A stretch of 64,000 nt of DNA from an uncultured virus (IMG/VR IMGVR_UViG_3300045391_005857) (IMGVR_UViG_3300045391_005857); one strand, 5' to 3'. Shown: positions 1 to 9,382, numbered from the stretch's first letter. The notes: a model not told the origin generated them from the sequence alone. Made by a program: numbers and translations.

Positions 1-1
1 G

Positions 2-580
2 TCTAACGGTCGGCGGTTGGGCTGGCTTACTTACGGCGGGACGGAGTTGCCGCAGGTCGATTTTGCGAACGGCACCGCCTTGCACACGGCAGCCGAGTGG
101 GCTAGCGGGTGTGCATATCGCTCCCAGATGGACCTGAAGTTCGTTTTCAACGATCGCGAGGTCACCGTGAATCCGCTGACGACAGCAGCGGAGATCATGG
201 GTATGTGGTACGGCGAGGATACGGCGGAGGTTTTACAACCGCGGGGAATAGCGCTCAACGCTGTCAACCAGCACGGAGTGCCAATTACCGTGCAGAATCC
301 GACGCCCGGCGGTGTTATGGCCGACCGTGACGCAGCCGAAGAAGAAGCGGCCGATCGCGACTCAGCCGAAGAGGAAGATGTCGGCGACGTGCTCATGGTA
401 GCGGTGCCTACAGGAATGAATCGCCGCGTGCTTCAACAACTGGTCAGTCAGGTGATCGATATGTGGAACGTGGCCAAGATTCACGCCGAGGCCCAGCAGG
501 TGCGTGCCGAGACCGGTACGCCGCTGCCGACTGAGCGGACCCGTGCGATCGATCTGGGAGGTAGCGATGAACAGTCGTGA
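2..580 (+). CDS. Hypothetical protein, 5'-truncated by the window edge; C-terminal RTRAIDL tag
   Basis: Frame is open from position 2 to TGA 578-580; ends ...TERTRAIDLGGSDEQS. Confidence 0.7.
   Translation, partial: SNGRRLGWLTYGGTELPQVDFANGTALHTAAEWASGCAYRSQMDLKFVFNDREVTVNPLTTAAEIMGMWYGEDTAEVLQPRGIALNAVNQHGVPITVQNPTPGGVMADRDAAEEEAADRDSAEEEDVGDVLMVAVPTGMNRRVLQQLVSQVIDMWNVAKIHAEAQQVRAETGTPLPTERTRAIDLGGSDEQS
320..379 (+). repeat. Imperfect 30-bp tandem duplication (ADRDAAEEEA / ADRDSAEEED)
   Basis: gccgaccgtgacgcagccgaagaagaagcg followed by gccgatcgcgactcagccgaagaggaagat. Confidence 0.8.
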
Positions 581-1064
581 TGCCGATCTGATCTACCGCA
601 CGCAGCAAAGCCAGCTTACCTGGTACGAGCTGTGGGCCGCCGCCAAAAGCTGTGGCAAGGAGTTGCGGCAGGGCGCTGGCTGGACCAGCTACGGCGAGCC
701 GATCGGCACATTCATTTGCGATCCAAAAAACACGTACGCGCGGTTCACGCCGGGCGGCGAGGTGGATTTGCTGGTGATGTTGCAGCGGGTGCGCGATCAT
801 TCCATGGGGTCGGGCGTCAGCGTTATTATCGAGCTGCCGCTGATCCACTTGGAATTTCATCCCTGCCCGCACGCGCCGTCGGCCCAGCACATGGCTGGCG
901 AATACCGCAAGACGAAGGCCAAGCTGCGCGGCCGCGGCCTGGTGCCCGGCCGGCTACGGATGACGTTCGGCACGTACTCTCCCACGGGTTACAAAATGCC
1001 GCCCGGCGAAGCCGACGAGTCGCACCGCACCCGCGCGATCGACCTTACCAAATCTGGTACTTAG
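567..1064 (+). CDS. Hypothetical protein; C-terminal RTRAIDL tag
   Basis: ATG 567 preceded by GGAGG; ends ...HRTRAIDLTKSGT. Confidence 0.75.
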   Translation: MNSRDADLIYRTQQSQLTWYELWAAAKSCGKELRQGAGWTSYGEPIGTFICDPKNTYARFTPGGEVDLLVMLQRVRDHSMGSGVSVIIELPLIHLEFHPCPHAPSAQHMAGEYRKTKAKLRGRGLVPGRLRMTFGTYSPTGYKMPPGEADESHRTRAIDLTKSGT

Positions 1065-1071
1065 AAACCGA
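1056..1071 (+). promoter_or_regulatory. Dispersed motif GGTACTTAGAAACCGA, copy 1
   Basis: Spans stop TAG 1062-1064 and abuts ATG 1071; 20-nt identity with 14019-14038. Confidence 0.6.
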
Positions 1072-1601
1072 TGCCACGTAAGCACAGGTTCCTGTTGGAC
1101 CCCGAGCGGGCTGACCAAGCCGCGCGACTCAATGAGATGATTCGCGAGAGTCTGTGGGCTCCGTCCGGTGATCCGGACGATCCCTTACTGTTTGCGGCGG
1201 CCACGGCCTACAAACGCTTGAAGGAGCAACAGCTCCCGTGTCGCGACGAACAAGATGTGATCAACCAGCTTCGCCGCGACAACATCGAAGGGAAGGATTA
1301 CTTGGCGGACATGCCCAGCCCTCCGGCGACCACGGCCACGGCCGACGAGGTTCGCGAGCAGATCGAGGAGGCCTTCGCCCAGAAGGTCGCGGCGATGACC
1401 GAAGAGGAGGTCAAAGCCGAATATATCAAGCGGCGGACGGCCGCCAAGGTCTACGACGCCCGCAACAGTACCTCACTTGAGGAAGAGTTGCGTTTGTGCG
1501 TCGAGCAGCTCGCCGAGCACATGGCGATCGCCGCTATGCGGGACGAGCTTACCGACCCGGATTCACTGAATCAGACTTGTTTGAGCGAGTATTCATGGTA
1601 G
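1071..1601 (+). CDS. Hypothetical protein
   Basis: 176-aa ORF tiling between neighbouring genes. Confidence 0.7.
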   Translation: MPRKHRFLLDPERADQAARLNEMIRESLWAPSGDPDDPLLFAAATAYKRLKEQQLPCRDEQDVINQLRRDNIEGKDYLADMPSPPATTATADEVREQIEEAFAQKVAAMTEEEVKAEYIKRRTAAKVYDARNSTSLEEELRLCVEQLAEHMAIAAMRDELTDPDSLNQTCLSEYSW

Positions 1602-2392
1602 CCACGGCACCCCCTGCCGGCCGGGCCGAGCTGCAAGCTCTGCCGCCGGATTTCAAGTTTGGCCCCTACTACAACGTCCAGTCGGCGACGCGGCTGGTGT
1701 TCGGCAAGAAACATAGCTACGTCGTCGGGATCGCCGGCGGTTACAACGCCAACGGCCTGATCGGCACTGAGCACAACGGCATCTTCGTTCTCGACGACAC
1801 GCTCAAGCGCGTCGTTGTCGACGAAATCTGTTGTGACAGCGGCTGTTTTCAGGAAGTCACCCGCGACCAGCAGACGACTTACAACTGGCTGTGCCAGACA
1901 GGCTGGTCCGAGTTCCGTGATTTCATCAACGCCCAGGACAACCTGCGGTACAAGCTGGAGAACACGACGACGAAGCCCCGCAAGCCTAGCAAGCGATCGG
2001 CGATCTCGCAGTTCATCCGCATCGCTACCCGCAACATGGCGATCCACGCCTACGACGACGAGAATGCCGCGATCAAGCAGCAATTCCTCGAACTCGGCAA
2101 GCGGGTCATGGGCTACCTGGCGGAGATGCTCGATCTGGAGAAGGCCGATCGCGATATTTCGGTCAATGCGGGCGGCGTTGCTTGTTCCGGCGACATCTAC
2201 CTGCATAGCGACACGGTGTTCGTCAACTTCTGCCAGTCGGCCCTCGGGCCGGGCTACGGGTTCATGTATCGCAAGCCTAAGAACCGGAAGGATTCCTGCG
2301 GCGGGGCTAACCACTGGATGCAGTACGAGCAGTTGCGGGATATGGCGACTGCGGCGATCCAGATCAAGCGAGGGCTGGCGAGAAATGCCTAA
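1595..2392 (+). CDS. Hypothetical protein (contains NAGGVACSGDIYLH segment)
   Basis: ATG 1595 overlaps the upstream stop region; ORF tiles with neighbours. Confidence 0.7.
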   Translation: MVATAPPAGRAELQALPPDFKFGPYYNVQSATRLVFGKKHSYVVGIAGGYNANGLIGTEHNGIFVLDDTLKRVVVDEICCDSGCFQEVTRDQQTTYNWLCQTGWSEFRDFINAQDNLRYKLENTTTKPRKPSKRSAISQFIRIATRNMAIHAYDDENAAIKQQFLELGKRVMGYLAEMLDLEKADRDISVNAGGVACSGDIYLHSDTVFVNFCQSALGPGYGFMYRKPKNRKDSCGGANHWMQYEQLRDMATAAIQIKRGLARNA

Positions 2393-2885
2393 ACGCAAAC
2401 CCTACGCTACGCTCGATGACATCCCGCGGTACCTGCTCGACGAGGTCGAGCAGTTGGCGCGTGACAAGCAACTCGTGACCGCGGATCAGAAGCTGCGGTC
2501 CCTGCTCCTGAAGGTGCAGGACCTGAAGGATTTTGAAGCGCATCACTTGACGATCAAGATCGCCGAGCGATCCAAGCTGCCGCCGCGGCCGGTGTACGTG
2601 GTCGGCTTTACATCGGCCGGCCATGCTTACGATTACAGTAGCGGCCGGCGTGTGCCCGGGTTCGGCCTAATCCGGCTGAGCAACGACCGCGAGCTGCGCG
2701 TGCCCGAGGAGAAAAACTACTTCCGGGCGATGCTCGACTACGCCGACGAACACGGCTACGACACTACAGAAATGCGGCAACGTCTCGATGAGTGGGTGAA
2801 GACCGGGAAGTTCCCGCCGCCTGCAGAAAGGGAGAACGACAATGGCAAAGGGCGTGTTACGACGACCCAAGTTGTTGGAGGATGA
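2385..2885 (+). CDS. Hypothetical protein
   Basis: ATG 2385 (MPKRKPY...) coupled to the upstream stop. Confidence 0.65.
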   Translation: MPKRKPYATLDDIPRYLLDEVEQLARDKQLVTADQKLRSLLLKVQDLKDFEAHHLTIKIAERSKLPPRPVYVVGFTSAGHAYDYSSGRRVPGFGLIRLSNDRELRVPEEKNYFRAMLDYADEHGYDTTEMRQRLDEWVKTGKFPPPAERENDNGKGRVTTTQVVGG

Positions 2886-3141
2886 CGAGCTAGTCATCCC
2901 GCTCGTCAACGGCTGCAAACTGTGTTGCGGCGCCTGGGGCAGCCAGTTCGGCGGCGACGTCACGATTCGCGACGCCGACGGCAATGAGATTCTGCACTGG
3001 GTCGCTACCGAGTGGGAGGAGGAGCCCGAGCTGGTCATGGGTGCGATCTTCGGCGCTGCCTCTGCTACGAAGGAAGAGTTGCTGGCCGGCCGCGTCCTCG
3101 AAGACGGCTGCTGGAACTACCGCGGAGGCCACGTCGTATGA
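2842..3141 (+). CDS. Hypothetical protein, apparent paralog of 7926-8198
   Basis: GGGAG upstream; shares IPLxNGC...GD...D..G pattern with 7926-8198. Confidence 0.7.
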   Translation: MAKGVLRRPKLLEDDELVIPLVNGCKLCCGAWGSQFGGDVTIRDADGNEILHWVATEWEEEPELVMGAIFGAASATKEELLAGRVLEDGCWNYRGGHVV

Positions 3142-3968
3142 TCTGGCTGTTCGACAACCAGGATTGTCGCGTGGCCTTCGCGCGGGCATACGGCCATCAA
3201 AGTACGAACCACGTGCGGAAAGAGCACAATCCGCCCGGCTACGAAGCGATGCGGTTCAGTCGCTGGACGAAGCACCCTACGCTCGGGCCGTGCCTGGTGG
3301 GCTCGTTCCTGTCCGGCATCGGTATGTTCGACGTGCACTTTCCGATCATGGATGTCCGGGCAGCGACGCCCGAAGAGATGCACCATATCGTCACCGGCAA
3401 TTACGTCTGGGGCAGTGGCCGGGTAGATCACTACACGGCGACCGATTTTATCGGTATCGCCGAGCTGGGATTTATTCTTGGAACGGAGCACAAGCCGGAG
3501 TGCGAGGTCTCGCATCAGTACGATCCGCGACCGCCCGAGTTCGCGACGGACGACAGCAAGCACCTGCGGCCGTCGAAGCGTGCTATTCACCAGGCCGTGA
3601 GGAACGTGATGTACAACGAGCTGGGGCTTACACGCACCGGCATACGCGCGACGATGCAGATGATGGTCCAGCCGATCGCCGAGCAGTACATGGAAGAGCG
3701 GATGGCTTCGAAGTATTTCGAGGGCCTAATCCTAAACGCGCTGGTCGACTTGGTATGGCAGGAGCAACGACGGCCGGCGACAACGACTAGATATGTGCGA
3801 ACCGACTTCGCTGATCGGATTAGAAATCTAGTTGCCTCGACTGTCGCAGAGCTGGTGGGTAAGCACGTACGAATCGCGCTCAACATTACGCCCGAGCAAC
3901 TGGTCGAAGCCGGCCGGACCCGCGCGATCGATCTGGGCACCAACCGCGGCGAATCGGAAGGAGGGTAG
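3138..3968 (+). CDS. Hypothetical protein; C-terminal RTRAIDL tag
   Basis: ATGA overlap with upstream gene and GGAGG SD; ends ...GRTRAIDLGTNRGESEGG. Confidence 0.75.
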   Translation: MIWLFDNQDCRVAFARAYGHQSTNHVRKEHNPPGYEAMRFSRWTKHPTLGPCLVGSFLSGIGMFDVHFPIMDVRAATPEEMHHIVTGNYVWGSGRVDHYTATDFIGIAELGFILGTEHKPECEVSHQYDPRPPEFATDDSKHLRPSKRAIHQAVRNVMYNELGLTRTGIRATMQMMVQPIAEQYMEERMASKYFEGLILNALVDLVWQEQRRPATTTRYVRTDFADRIRNLVASTVAELVGKHVRIALNITPEQLVEAGRTRAIDLGTNRGESEGG

Positions 3969-3972
3969 CTCT

Positions 3973-4668
3973 AGGTACATTCAAATAACAACCAAGTGCA
4001 ATATGGCGTGTGCCCATTGTTGCTTCGGATGCCGGCCTGGCATCGGTCGCGACATGGAGATGCACACGCTCATCGCGGCCTGTGAGCTGGCCCGCGACCA
4101 CGGCGATCACATCTGCCTGGGTGGCGGCGAGCCCACGATCCACCCGCGGTTCTGGGAGTTCTTCTGGACGGCCAAGCGTTATCACGATGCCGCCAGCTCC
4201 GGGCTCTCCTACTTGATCATCACCAACGGGTCGATGACCGACATCGCGCTCAAGCTGGCCGATATGACGGTCGAAGGGGGCGATATCGAGGCGGTTCTGT
4301 CGCAAGACCAGTGGCACGATCCAATCGATCCGCGTGTCGTACGACGGTACGAGCAACTGAGGAATTACCGGAGTCGCGACGGCCACCGGCAGCATGAAGC
4401 TATCCGGACCAACGAGCGGATCACGCCGCACGGCTCAGCCTTGAAGAACGGCCTGAACACCAGCGACGACGAGTGTTGTTGCGAGGATATGCGGATTCAT
4501 CCGACGGGTCGTATTTACGGTTGTGGCTGCGGCAAAGTACAGTTCGGCAACGTCTTCCAGCCGGCGATCCCGGAGTGGTTCGAGTGGCGGGGGTGTGCCG
4601 TGAAACAAAAGAAAGCCCATGAGCAAGAGCTTAGAGCACAGCGCGGAAAACACACGGTGCCTGCGTAA
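3973..4668 (+). CDS. Radical SAM protein; start codon anomalous (AGG where ATG is expected)
   Basis: CNMACAHC CxxxCxxC motif, GGGEP, ITNG, Cys-rich C-terminus; SD GGAGGG at 3960-3965 precedes AGG-TAC-ATT-CAA. Confidence 0.8.
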   Translation, partial: RYIQITTKCNMACAHCCFGCRPGIGRDMEMHTLIAACELARDHGDHICLGGGEPTIHPRFWEFFWTAKRYHDAASSGLSYLIITNGSMTDIALKLADMTVEGGDIEAVLSQDQWHDPIDPRVVRRYEQLRNYRSRDGHRQHEAIRTNERITPHGSALKNGLNTSDDECCCEDMRIHPTGRIYGCGCGKVQFGNVFQPAIPEWFEWRGCAVKQKKAHEQELRAQRGKHTVPA

Positions 4669-4822
4669 AACGGGCTACGGCCATTATCGTTGCGGCGGAG
4701 CTTTGTTCCGCCCCGGCGACGGCGCCGATCGCCTGTCCGAGCGGATGGGTCGAATCGTCGTGCAGTGCGATCGTTGTGGCGAACGCACGAGCTTACCGGT
4801 GTCTAAGGAGGAGCAGCCGTAA
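4619..4822 (+). CDS. Small Cys-rich (Zn-ribbon-like) protein
   Basis: C...C and CDRC motifs; fills the gap between neighbours. Confidence 0.5.
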   Translation: MSKSLEHSAENTRCLRKTGYGHYRCGGALFRPGDGADRLSERMGRIVVQCDRCGERTSLPVSKEEQP

Positions 4823-5464
4823 ATGGCTAAAGTAAGAGATCAGCCGAGGCTACGGACTGCGATCGATCGGGCGTTGTCCGCGGTGGCGATCGCCAAACGG
4901 CGATTGCAATTCATTCGCGCCGAGACAATCGGCGATGACGTTGTCAATCCGTTGATAGCGCGTACGACGATGGAGCTGGTCGAGCAGATCGACAATTTGC
5001 GAGCCGAGTACGGTTTTGACCGGCTGGCTATCGAGGGCTCGACGCGCTACGCGGACGAACCGGCAGCGCCGGCGGTACCGGACCCTGCCCGCATCCGCGA
5101 CAGCGAAATTCTGCAAGAGGTGCTGTCGTTGGTGGAGGAATACCACATTCCCCAGGCCGCGATAACGGCCTTGTCGGATGAGGACTACTGGAGAGTTCAA
5201 GACTGGGCCGCGTCAAGCATCGCGGCAGCCAATGACAACGACGTCGAGATTCCACCGCGGCCCGCGTTCATCGCGCCGTACGCCGAAGCCCTCGCGGCCC
5301 TTAGACAACGCGAGGGTTACGCCGCTGCTTCAAGCAGCTTTGCGAGCTTTATCACAGCAGACCAAGCCAGTGCCCATGCGGGTGCTGGCGAAGCCGCTGG
5401 AGGTCCGGCCGAGTGTGCTGGCCCTGCGGGTGTTCCGCCTACGAACGATGGGCCTGGCGGATAA
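4823..5464 (+). CDS. Hypothetical protein; may be frameshift-linked to the winged-helix ORF that follows
   Basis: AAGGAGGAG SD upstream of ATG; last ~50 aa are low-complexity and overlap a wHTH-like frame. Confidence 0.6.
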   Translation: MAKVRDQPRLRTAIDRALSAVAIAKRRLQFIRAETIGDDVVNPLIARTTMELVEQIDNLRAEYGFDRLAIEGSTRYADEPAAPAVPDPARIRDSEILQEVLSLVEEYHIPQAAITALSDEDYWRVQDWAASSIAAANDNDVEIPPRPAFIAPYAEALAALRQREGYAAASSSFASFITADQASAHAGAGEAAGGPAECAGPAGVPPTNDGPGG

Positions 5465-5543
5465 GCCAGGCGACGAGCAATACGAAATTACCGACGCAGG
5501 GAGGCGGTACTTAGAAACGATCGGGATGAACTATGGCGGCTGA
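5301..5543 (+). CDS. Winged helix-turn-helix-like domain with no obvious start of its own
   Basis: LQAALRAL...MRVLAKPL...LRTMGLA...YEITDAGRRYL resembles the wHTH wing and terminal helix. Confidence 0.45.
   Translation, partial: LDNARVTPLLQAALRALSQQTKPVPMRVLAKPLEVRPSVLALRVFRLRTMGLADKPGDEQYEITDAGRRYLETIGMNYGG
5506..5520 (+). promoter_or_regulatory. Dispersed motif GGTACTTAGAAACGA, copy 2
   Basis: Exact 13-mer core, 12 nt upstream of ATG 5533. Confidence 0.55.
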
Positions 5544-5724
5544 TGAGTATCGACTGAGTGCCGAGGGCAAAGTCGAGGTTACAAAAGTGTTGCTCGCCGA
5601 GGGTTTGCAGACGCCTCGCGAGTACATCGATAAATACAAGGGTTCAGACGACCCCGTAGTACAGCAGCGGCTGATTATGATGGCGTTAGCCACGCCAAAG
5701 CCAGGCAATCGCGGTGCAACATGA
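5533..5724 (+). CDS. Small hypothetical protein
   Basis: 63-aa ORF with ATGA coupling to the next gene. Confidence 0.55.
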   Translation: MAADEYRLSAEGKVEVTKVLLAEGLQTPREYIDKYKGSDDPVVQQRLIMMALATPKPGNRGAT

Positions 5725-7718
5725 TCCTACCAATTAGCGTTTGCTGGGGGGTCGGCTGGGATAGCTCCGGCCTCCTCATCCGGATGCATCAGCTCGGCAT
5801 GCGGCCCGACTTCATCTCGTTCGCCGATCTCGGCGCCGAGAAGAAGCTCACCTACCGCTTCCAAGCGGAGATGACTGAGTGGATACGCGACGTCGACTTC
5901 CCCGAGCCGACGGTCTGTATCTACGAACCCAAGGACGTGACGACGCTCCGTTACAAAAATGCTGTGATCGAGGTCTTGGAGCGATTGAAGATCGCCGTGA
6001 CCGATCAGCAGCTCGTCCGCCTCTCGCGGATTTACGGCAACATGGTCGCCAACCAAACTCTGCCCGGCATCGCGTTCGGGCTGAAGAGTTGCTCCATCAA
6101 GTGGAAGCTGGAAGCCCAAGAACCTATATGAATCCGAGAAACGGCTTTTCGCCGCGCCTGGGAATCAGGTTTGAAAGTTCGCAAGTTCATCGGCTTTGAC
6201 GCCACTGAGGATCATCGCACATTCGCCGACGGCAAGGGCATCAAAATCTGCCCCGAGAAAGGGCTGCCCGACTACGGCGATCGCTACCAAGTAGAATACC
6301 CGCTGCGGGAGTGGGGCCTTGATCGTGCCGCTTGCGGCAAGCTCATTGTTGACGCCGGTCTGACGCTACCGCCGAAAAGCGCCTGTTTCTTCTGTCTGAC
6401 TGGCGAGACAGAGGTACTGACTGATCGCGGTCTGCGGAACATCGGCAGCTTGGCCGGTAAATCGGTCAAGCTGCTGGTGCCGATCAAGAACGGGCACTTC
6501 AAGGGCGGTAAGCACGGGCCACATCGATACCAGTCTACGGGGGCGTGGCGTCGCGTTGCGGTACGGTCGTTTGGCAAGCAACGCGTGTGGTTGTTGAAGT
6601 TGCGTCGCGGGCCGACCACTAAAGTTATTCGTTGTACCGCCGAGCATCGCTGGGTTCTTCCCGACGATTCGCTGGTTACAACTAATAAACTGAGGGCCGG
6701 CCAGCGACTACGGTTCTGCCATGTGCCCAGCATTACTTGCAGCGGTTCGCCAGTAGCGTTGTCGCCGCCGGCCGTGATGCAGGGATTTACGTTCGGAGAC
6801 GGCACCGTCCAGACTGGTCGACGGCCAGCGCGTGCTAGATTTTACGACGCAAAAGATTTCGATATGTTGCCGTGGTTTGCCAACTGCCGAGTGCAGTCGG
6901 ATCAGGTCAACGGCAAGGAAATCCCGGCAGTCAGCGACCTACCGCGATTCTGGAAGAAGTTGCCACCAATCACGGAGAGTCGATCGTTCTTACTCGGCTG
7001 GCTGGCTGGTTACTTCGCGGCCGATGGCCACGTCGACAAGAAAGGTGCGGCTAGTATCGAGTCTGTTGACCGCAAAGCGATGCAGTTCGTGCGCGATGTG
7101 TGTCACCTAATCGGTGTTCGCTGCGGACAGGTCGCCCCGCGATATCGCGTCGGGTTTAACGGCCGCGAGCTGCTCTATCGTGTCACGGTGTGTGTCGGCG
7201 ATCTACCGAGCTATTTTTGGTTGTTGAATTTCCATCGTGACCGTACGCTAGGTTGTGTTTTTCAACGTAATCGAAATGCGGCTTGGCGTGTTGAGTCCGT
7301 GAAAAGGACTCGTCAATCCGAGCAGGTCTTTTGCGCCGTCGTCCCTGGCGACGAGCGGTTCGTACTGGCTGACGGTTTGGTGACCGGCAATTGTCCAGCG
7401 ATGAAGCAACTGGAGATCGAGCAGCTCAAGGCTGACGATCCCGAGATGTACGCGCTGGCGATCGAGATGGAGCGGTTGTACCGGACCGGGCACCACTTCC
7501 GCGGCGACAATAATTGGACCGTCCGCGGCAAGCACAAGGTCACCAAAGAGGCGGTCGAGTACGAGGATGTCATCGCCGACTCTTCGGCCGAGGCTCGTAC
7601 CATTGTCCGCCGGCTGCTAGGCGACATCACGCGACCTTACCAGTGGGACCTTTCTCCGACCCGAGCCGTGCCCGGGCTCGGCCGCAACTTCAAATGGGAG
7701 GGACTACAACTCGCATGA
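5721..7718 (+). pseudogene. PAPS-reductase-like (adenine nucleotide alpha-hydrolase fold) gene with in-frame TGA at 6129-6131 and an intein
   Basis: WGVGWDS PP-loop-like motif, FADLGAE, SCSIKWK, IGFDATE, YPLREWG, KSACFF|CP; ORFs 5721-6131 and 6171-7718 are in the same frame, separated only by one TGA. Confidence 0.7.
6393..7391 (+). mobile_element. Intein with LAGLIDADG homing endonuclease (333 aa)
   Basis: N-terminal CLTGETEVLT, block B CTAEHRW, QGFTFGDG and LAGYFAADG motifs, C-terminal VTGN followed by Cys+1. Confidence 0.92.
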
Positions 7719-7933
7719 TTTGTGACACTTGCGAAAACGGCCTCGGTCAAATCTCCACGATCGTCTTAGTGCCGACCGTGGACTGCATTTCCGAACCCTG
7801 TCCGACTTGTCTCGGCGCGGGCTACATGTGCAATCGCTGCCTGGAGCCACCAGCCCACTGCGGCTGCGATGACGACGAGCAGGAGCCGCCGCGGGCCCGT
7901 AAGCAAAAGCCAGAAAGGTGGGACGATGGCTAA
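7715..7933 (+). CDS. Small Cys-rich protein
   Basis: CDTC, CPTC, CNRC, CGC; ATGA overlap with upstream gene. Confidence 0.6.
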   Translation: MICDTCENGLGQISTIVLVPTVDCISEPCPTCLGAGYMCNRCLEPPAHCGCDDDEQEPPRARKQKPERWDDG

Positions 7934-8198
7934 GACGCTGGAAGAGTGCCGCGACAGCGATGGCGCGATCAGCATTCCGTTGGCCAATGGCTGCTGCATC
8001 CGCAGCGGCTTCTGCGATCCGTACGATCCCGATGTCCAGATCGCCGGCGATTGGCTGTCGGTCACCGACAATCACGGCCGGCAGTTGTTCTACGTTGAGT
8101 CGGCCGACCTGGCTGATATGGGCGTCGTCAAGGTGCGGCGAGCCTTACTGGAGATGGTGTGCGCGTGCTTAGGAGCAGCATGTCCGGAGACAGGTTAA
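7926..8198 (+). CDS. Hypothetical protein, apparent paralog of 2842-3141
   Basis: ISIPLANGCCIRSG...GDWLSVTDNHG. Confidence 0.65.
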   Translation: MAKTLEECRDSDGAISIPLANGCCIRSGFCDPYDPDVQIAGDWLSVTDNHGRQLFYVESADLADMGVVKVRRALLEMVCACLGAACPETG

Positions 8199-8491
8199 TA
8201 CACCGCATCGTCGCAAGCTGCGACGAGTGCCCATTCAAGAAGCTACAGCCGCTCGATCATTTGATGGATGGCGAAGATGACCACTGGCGGTGCAATCACT
8301 GGGATAGCGGTGGTTTTGTCATTGCAGAGGTCGGCACTGCCGAGGAGCTGGACCGGTGTGGCGACAGCGTGCAAATGCGGATCGGGAAGCCATTTCCCGA
8401 CCAATGCCCGCTGCCGCTAGCGAGTCCGGCGCTTACCGAGCCTATCGAACGGAGCCGGGTAGTGTCGCTACCGGACACCGATGGTGCGTGA
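8180..8491 (+). CDS. Cys-rich hypothetical protein; variant C-terminal tag RSRVVSL
   Basis: AGGAG SD; CDECPF...CNH...CPL. Confidence 0.65.
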   Translation: MSGDRLIHRIVASCDECPFKKLQPLDHLMDGEDDHWRCNHWDSGGFVIAEVGTAEELDRCGDSVQMRIGKPFPDQCPLPLASPALTEPIERSRVVSLPDTDGA

Positions 8492-8506
8492 TATGCTGGC
8501 CGGGCC

Positions 8507-9382
8507 ATGTCCGACGTAGCTTTCCGTTGCCTGTACGTGCCCGACAGTTTTGCCTCCCGAGCCCAGCGACAAGCTGTGCTCTACCCGCTGGTGCCGCCGA
8601 TGAAGGAGGCTCGCGGCATCGAGAACGCCACCAATCACCTGGTGGAGATATGGCGGGCTCGTCTGTCGACCATGAAAGACGAGGGCTGGCTGCCGCGCGG
8701 CGACAAGAAGGCCCTGCAGCTCGTCCGCAACTGTCGGCCGTCGTTTTACCAAGCAGCGCCGGCGACATGGTTCTGCCGACTGGCGGTCTGCCCGTTCTGC
8801 TACGCTCGCCGCGTCGGCGAGGTTTGGCAGCTTGTGCAGCATGTCTTCCACCAGGAAGACTACGACCCTAAGTGGTACCGCGAAGACCACGGCAACGAAT
8901 TGTCGACGGTCGATTCGCCGGCGTGCTGCCGACTCAAGCTGGTCGAGCGATACATCAGCTATCGAACGCCGATGTTCGTCCCTGACGTAGACACCGGCGA
9001 GCGGTTGCGTCGAATCCTAAAGGGGATCGCCTCGATCCGCGGCAAGGCCTTGCGCGAGACACGTGCGGCCGGCGGCTGGCAACACTCCACGGTGGAGGCC
9101 AGTCGCGGTGAGTGGCGTGTGCGGACCCGGCAACTGCTGGTGTACCGCGAGCACGACGCCATACCGGAGATGATGCGCGTCCCCCAACGGGGTAGAAAGA
9201 TGAAGATCCATGATCTGCCGTCGCGATCGGTATTACTGGGCGTAGTCAGCCGCGCGTGTCGCTATCCAACCTTGTGGCTGCGTGGCGATCCCAAGCTGAC
9301 GGCCTTACTGTTTCAGGTCCTGGGTGAGTCGCGAGCTAAGCTCTCTGCGACTTTTGGGGCCTTCCGAGGAACGCTGCTATGA
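8507..9382 (+). CDS. Hypothetical basic protein with Cys cluster (WFCRLAVCPFCYARR)
   Basis: 291-aa ORF; the Cys cluster recalls the Zn site of rolling-circle Rep-like proteins, but no catalytic HUH motif was seen. Confidence 0.6.
   Translation: MSDVAFRCLYVPDSFASRAQRQAVLYPLVPPMKEARGIENATNHLVEIWRARLSTMKDEGWLPRGDKKALQLVRNCRPSFYQAAPATWFCRLAVCPFCYARRVGEVWQLVQHVFHQEDYDPKWYREDHGNELSTVDSPACCRLKLVERYISYRTPMFVPDVDTGERLRRILKGIASIRGKALRETRAAGGWQHSTVEASRGEWRVRTRQLLVYREHDAIPEMMRVPQRGRKMKIHDLPSRSVLLGVVSRACRYPTLWLRGDPKLTALLFQVLGESRAKLSATFGAFRGTLL

Noticed and set aside
8507..9382. Rolling-circle Rep or integrated plasmid
   Set aside because: Only the Cys cluster resembles Rep proteins; no HUH motif or origin-like structure was seen.
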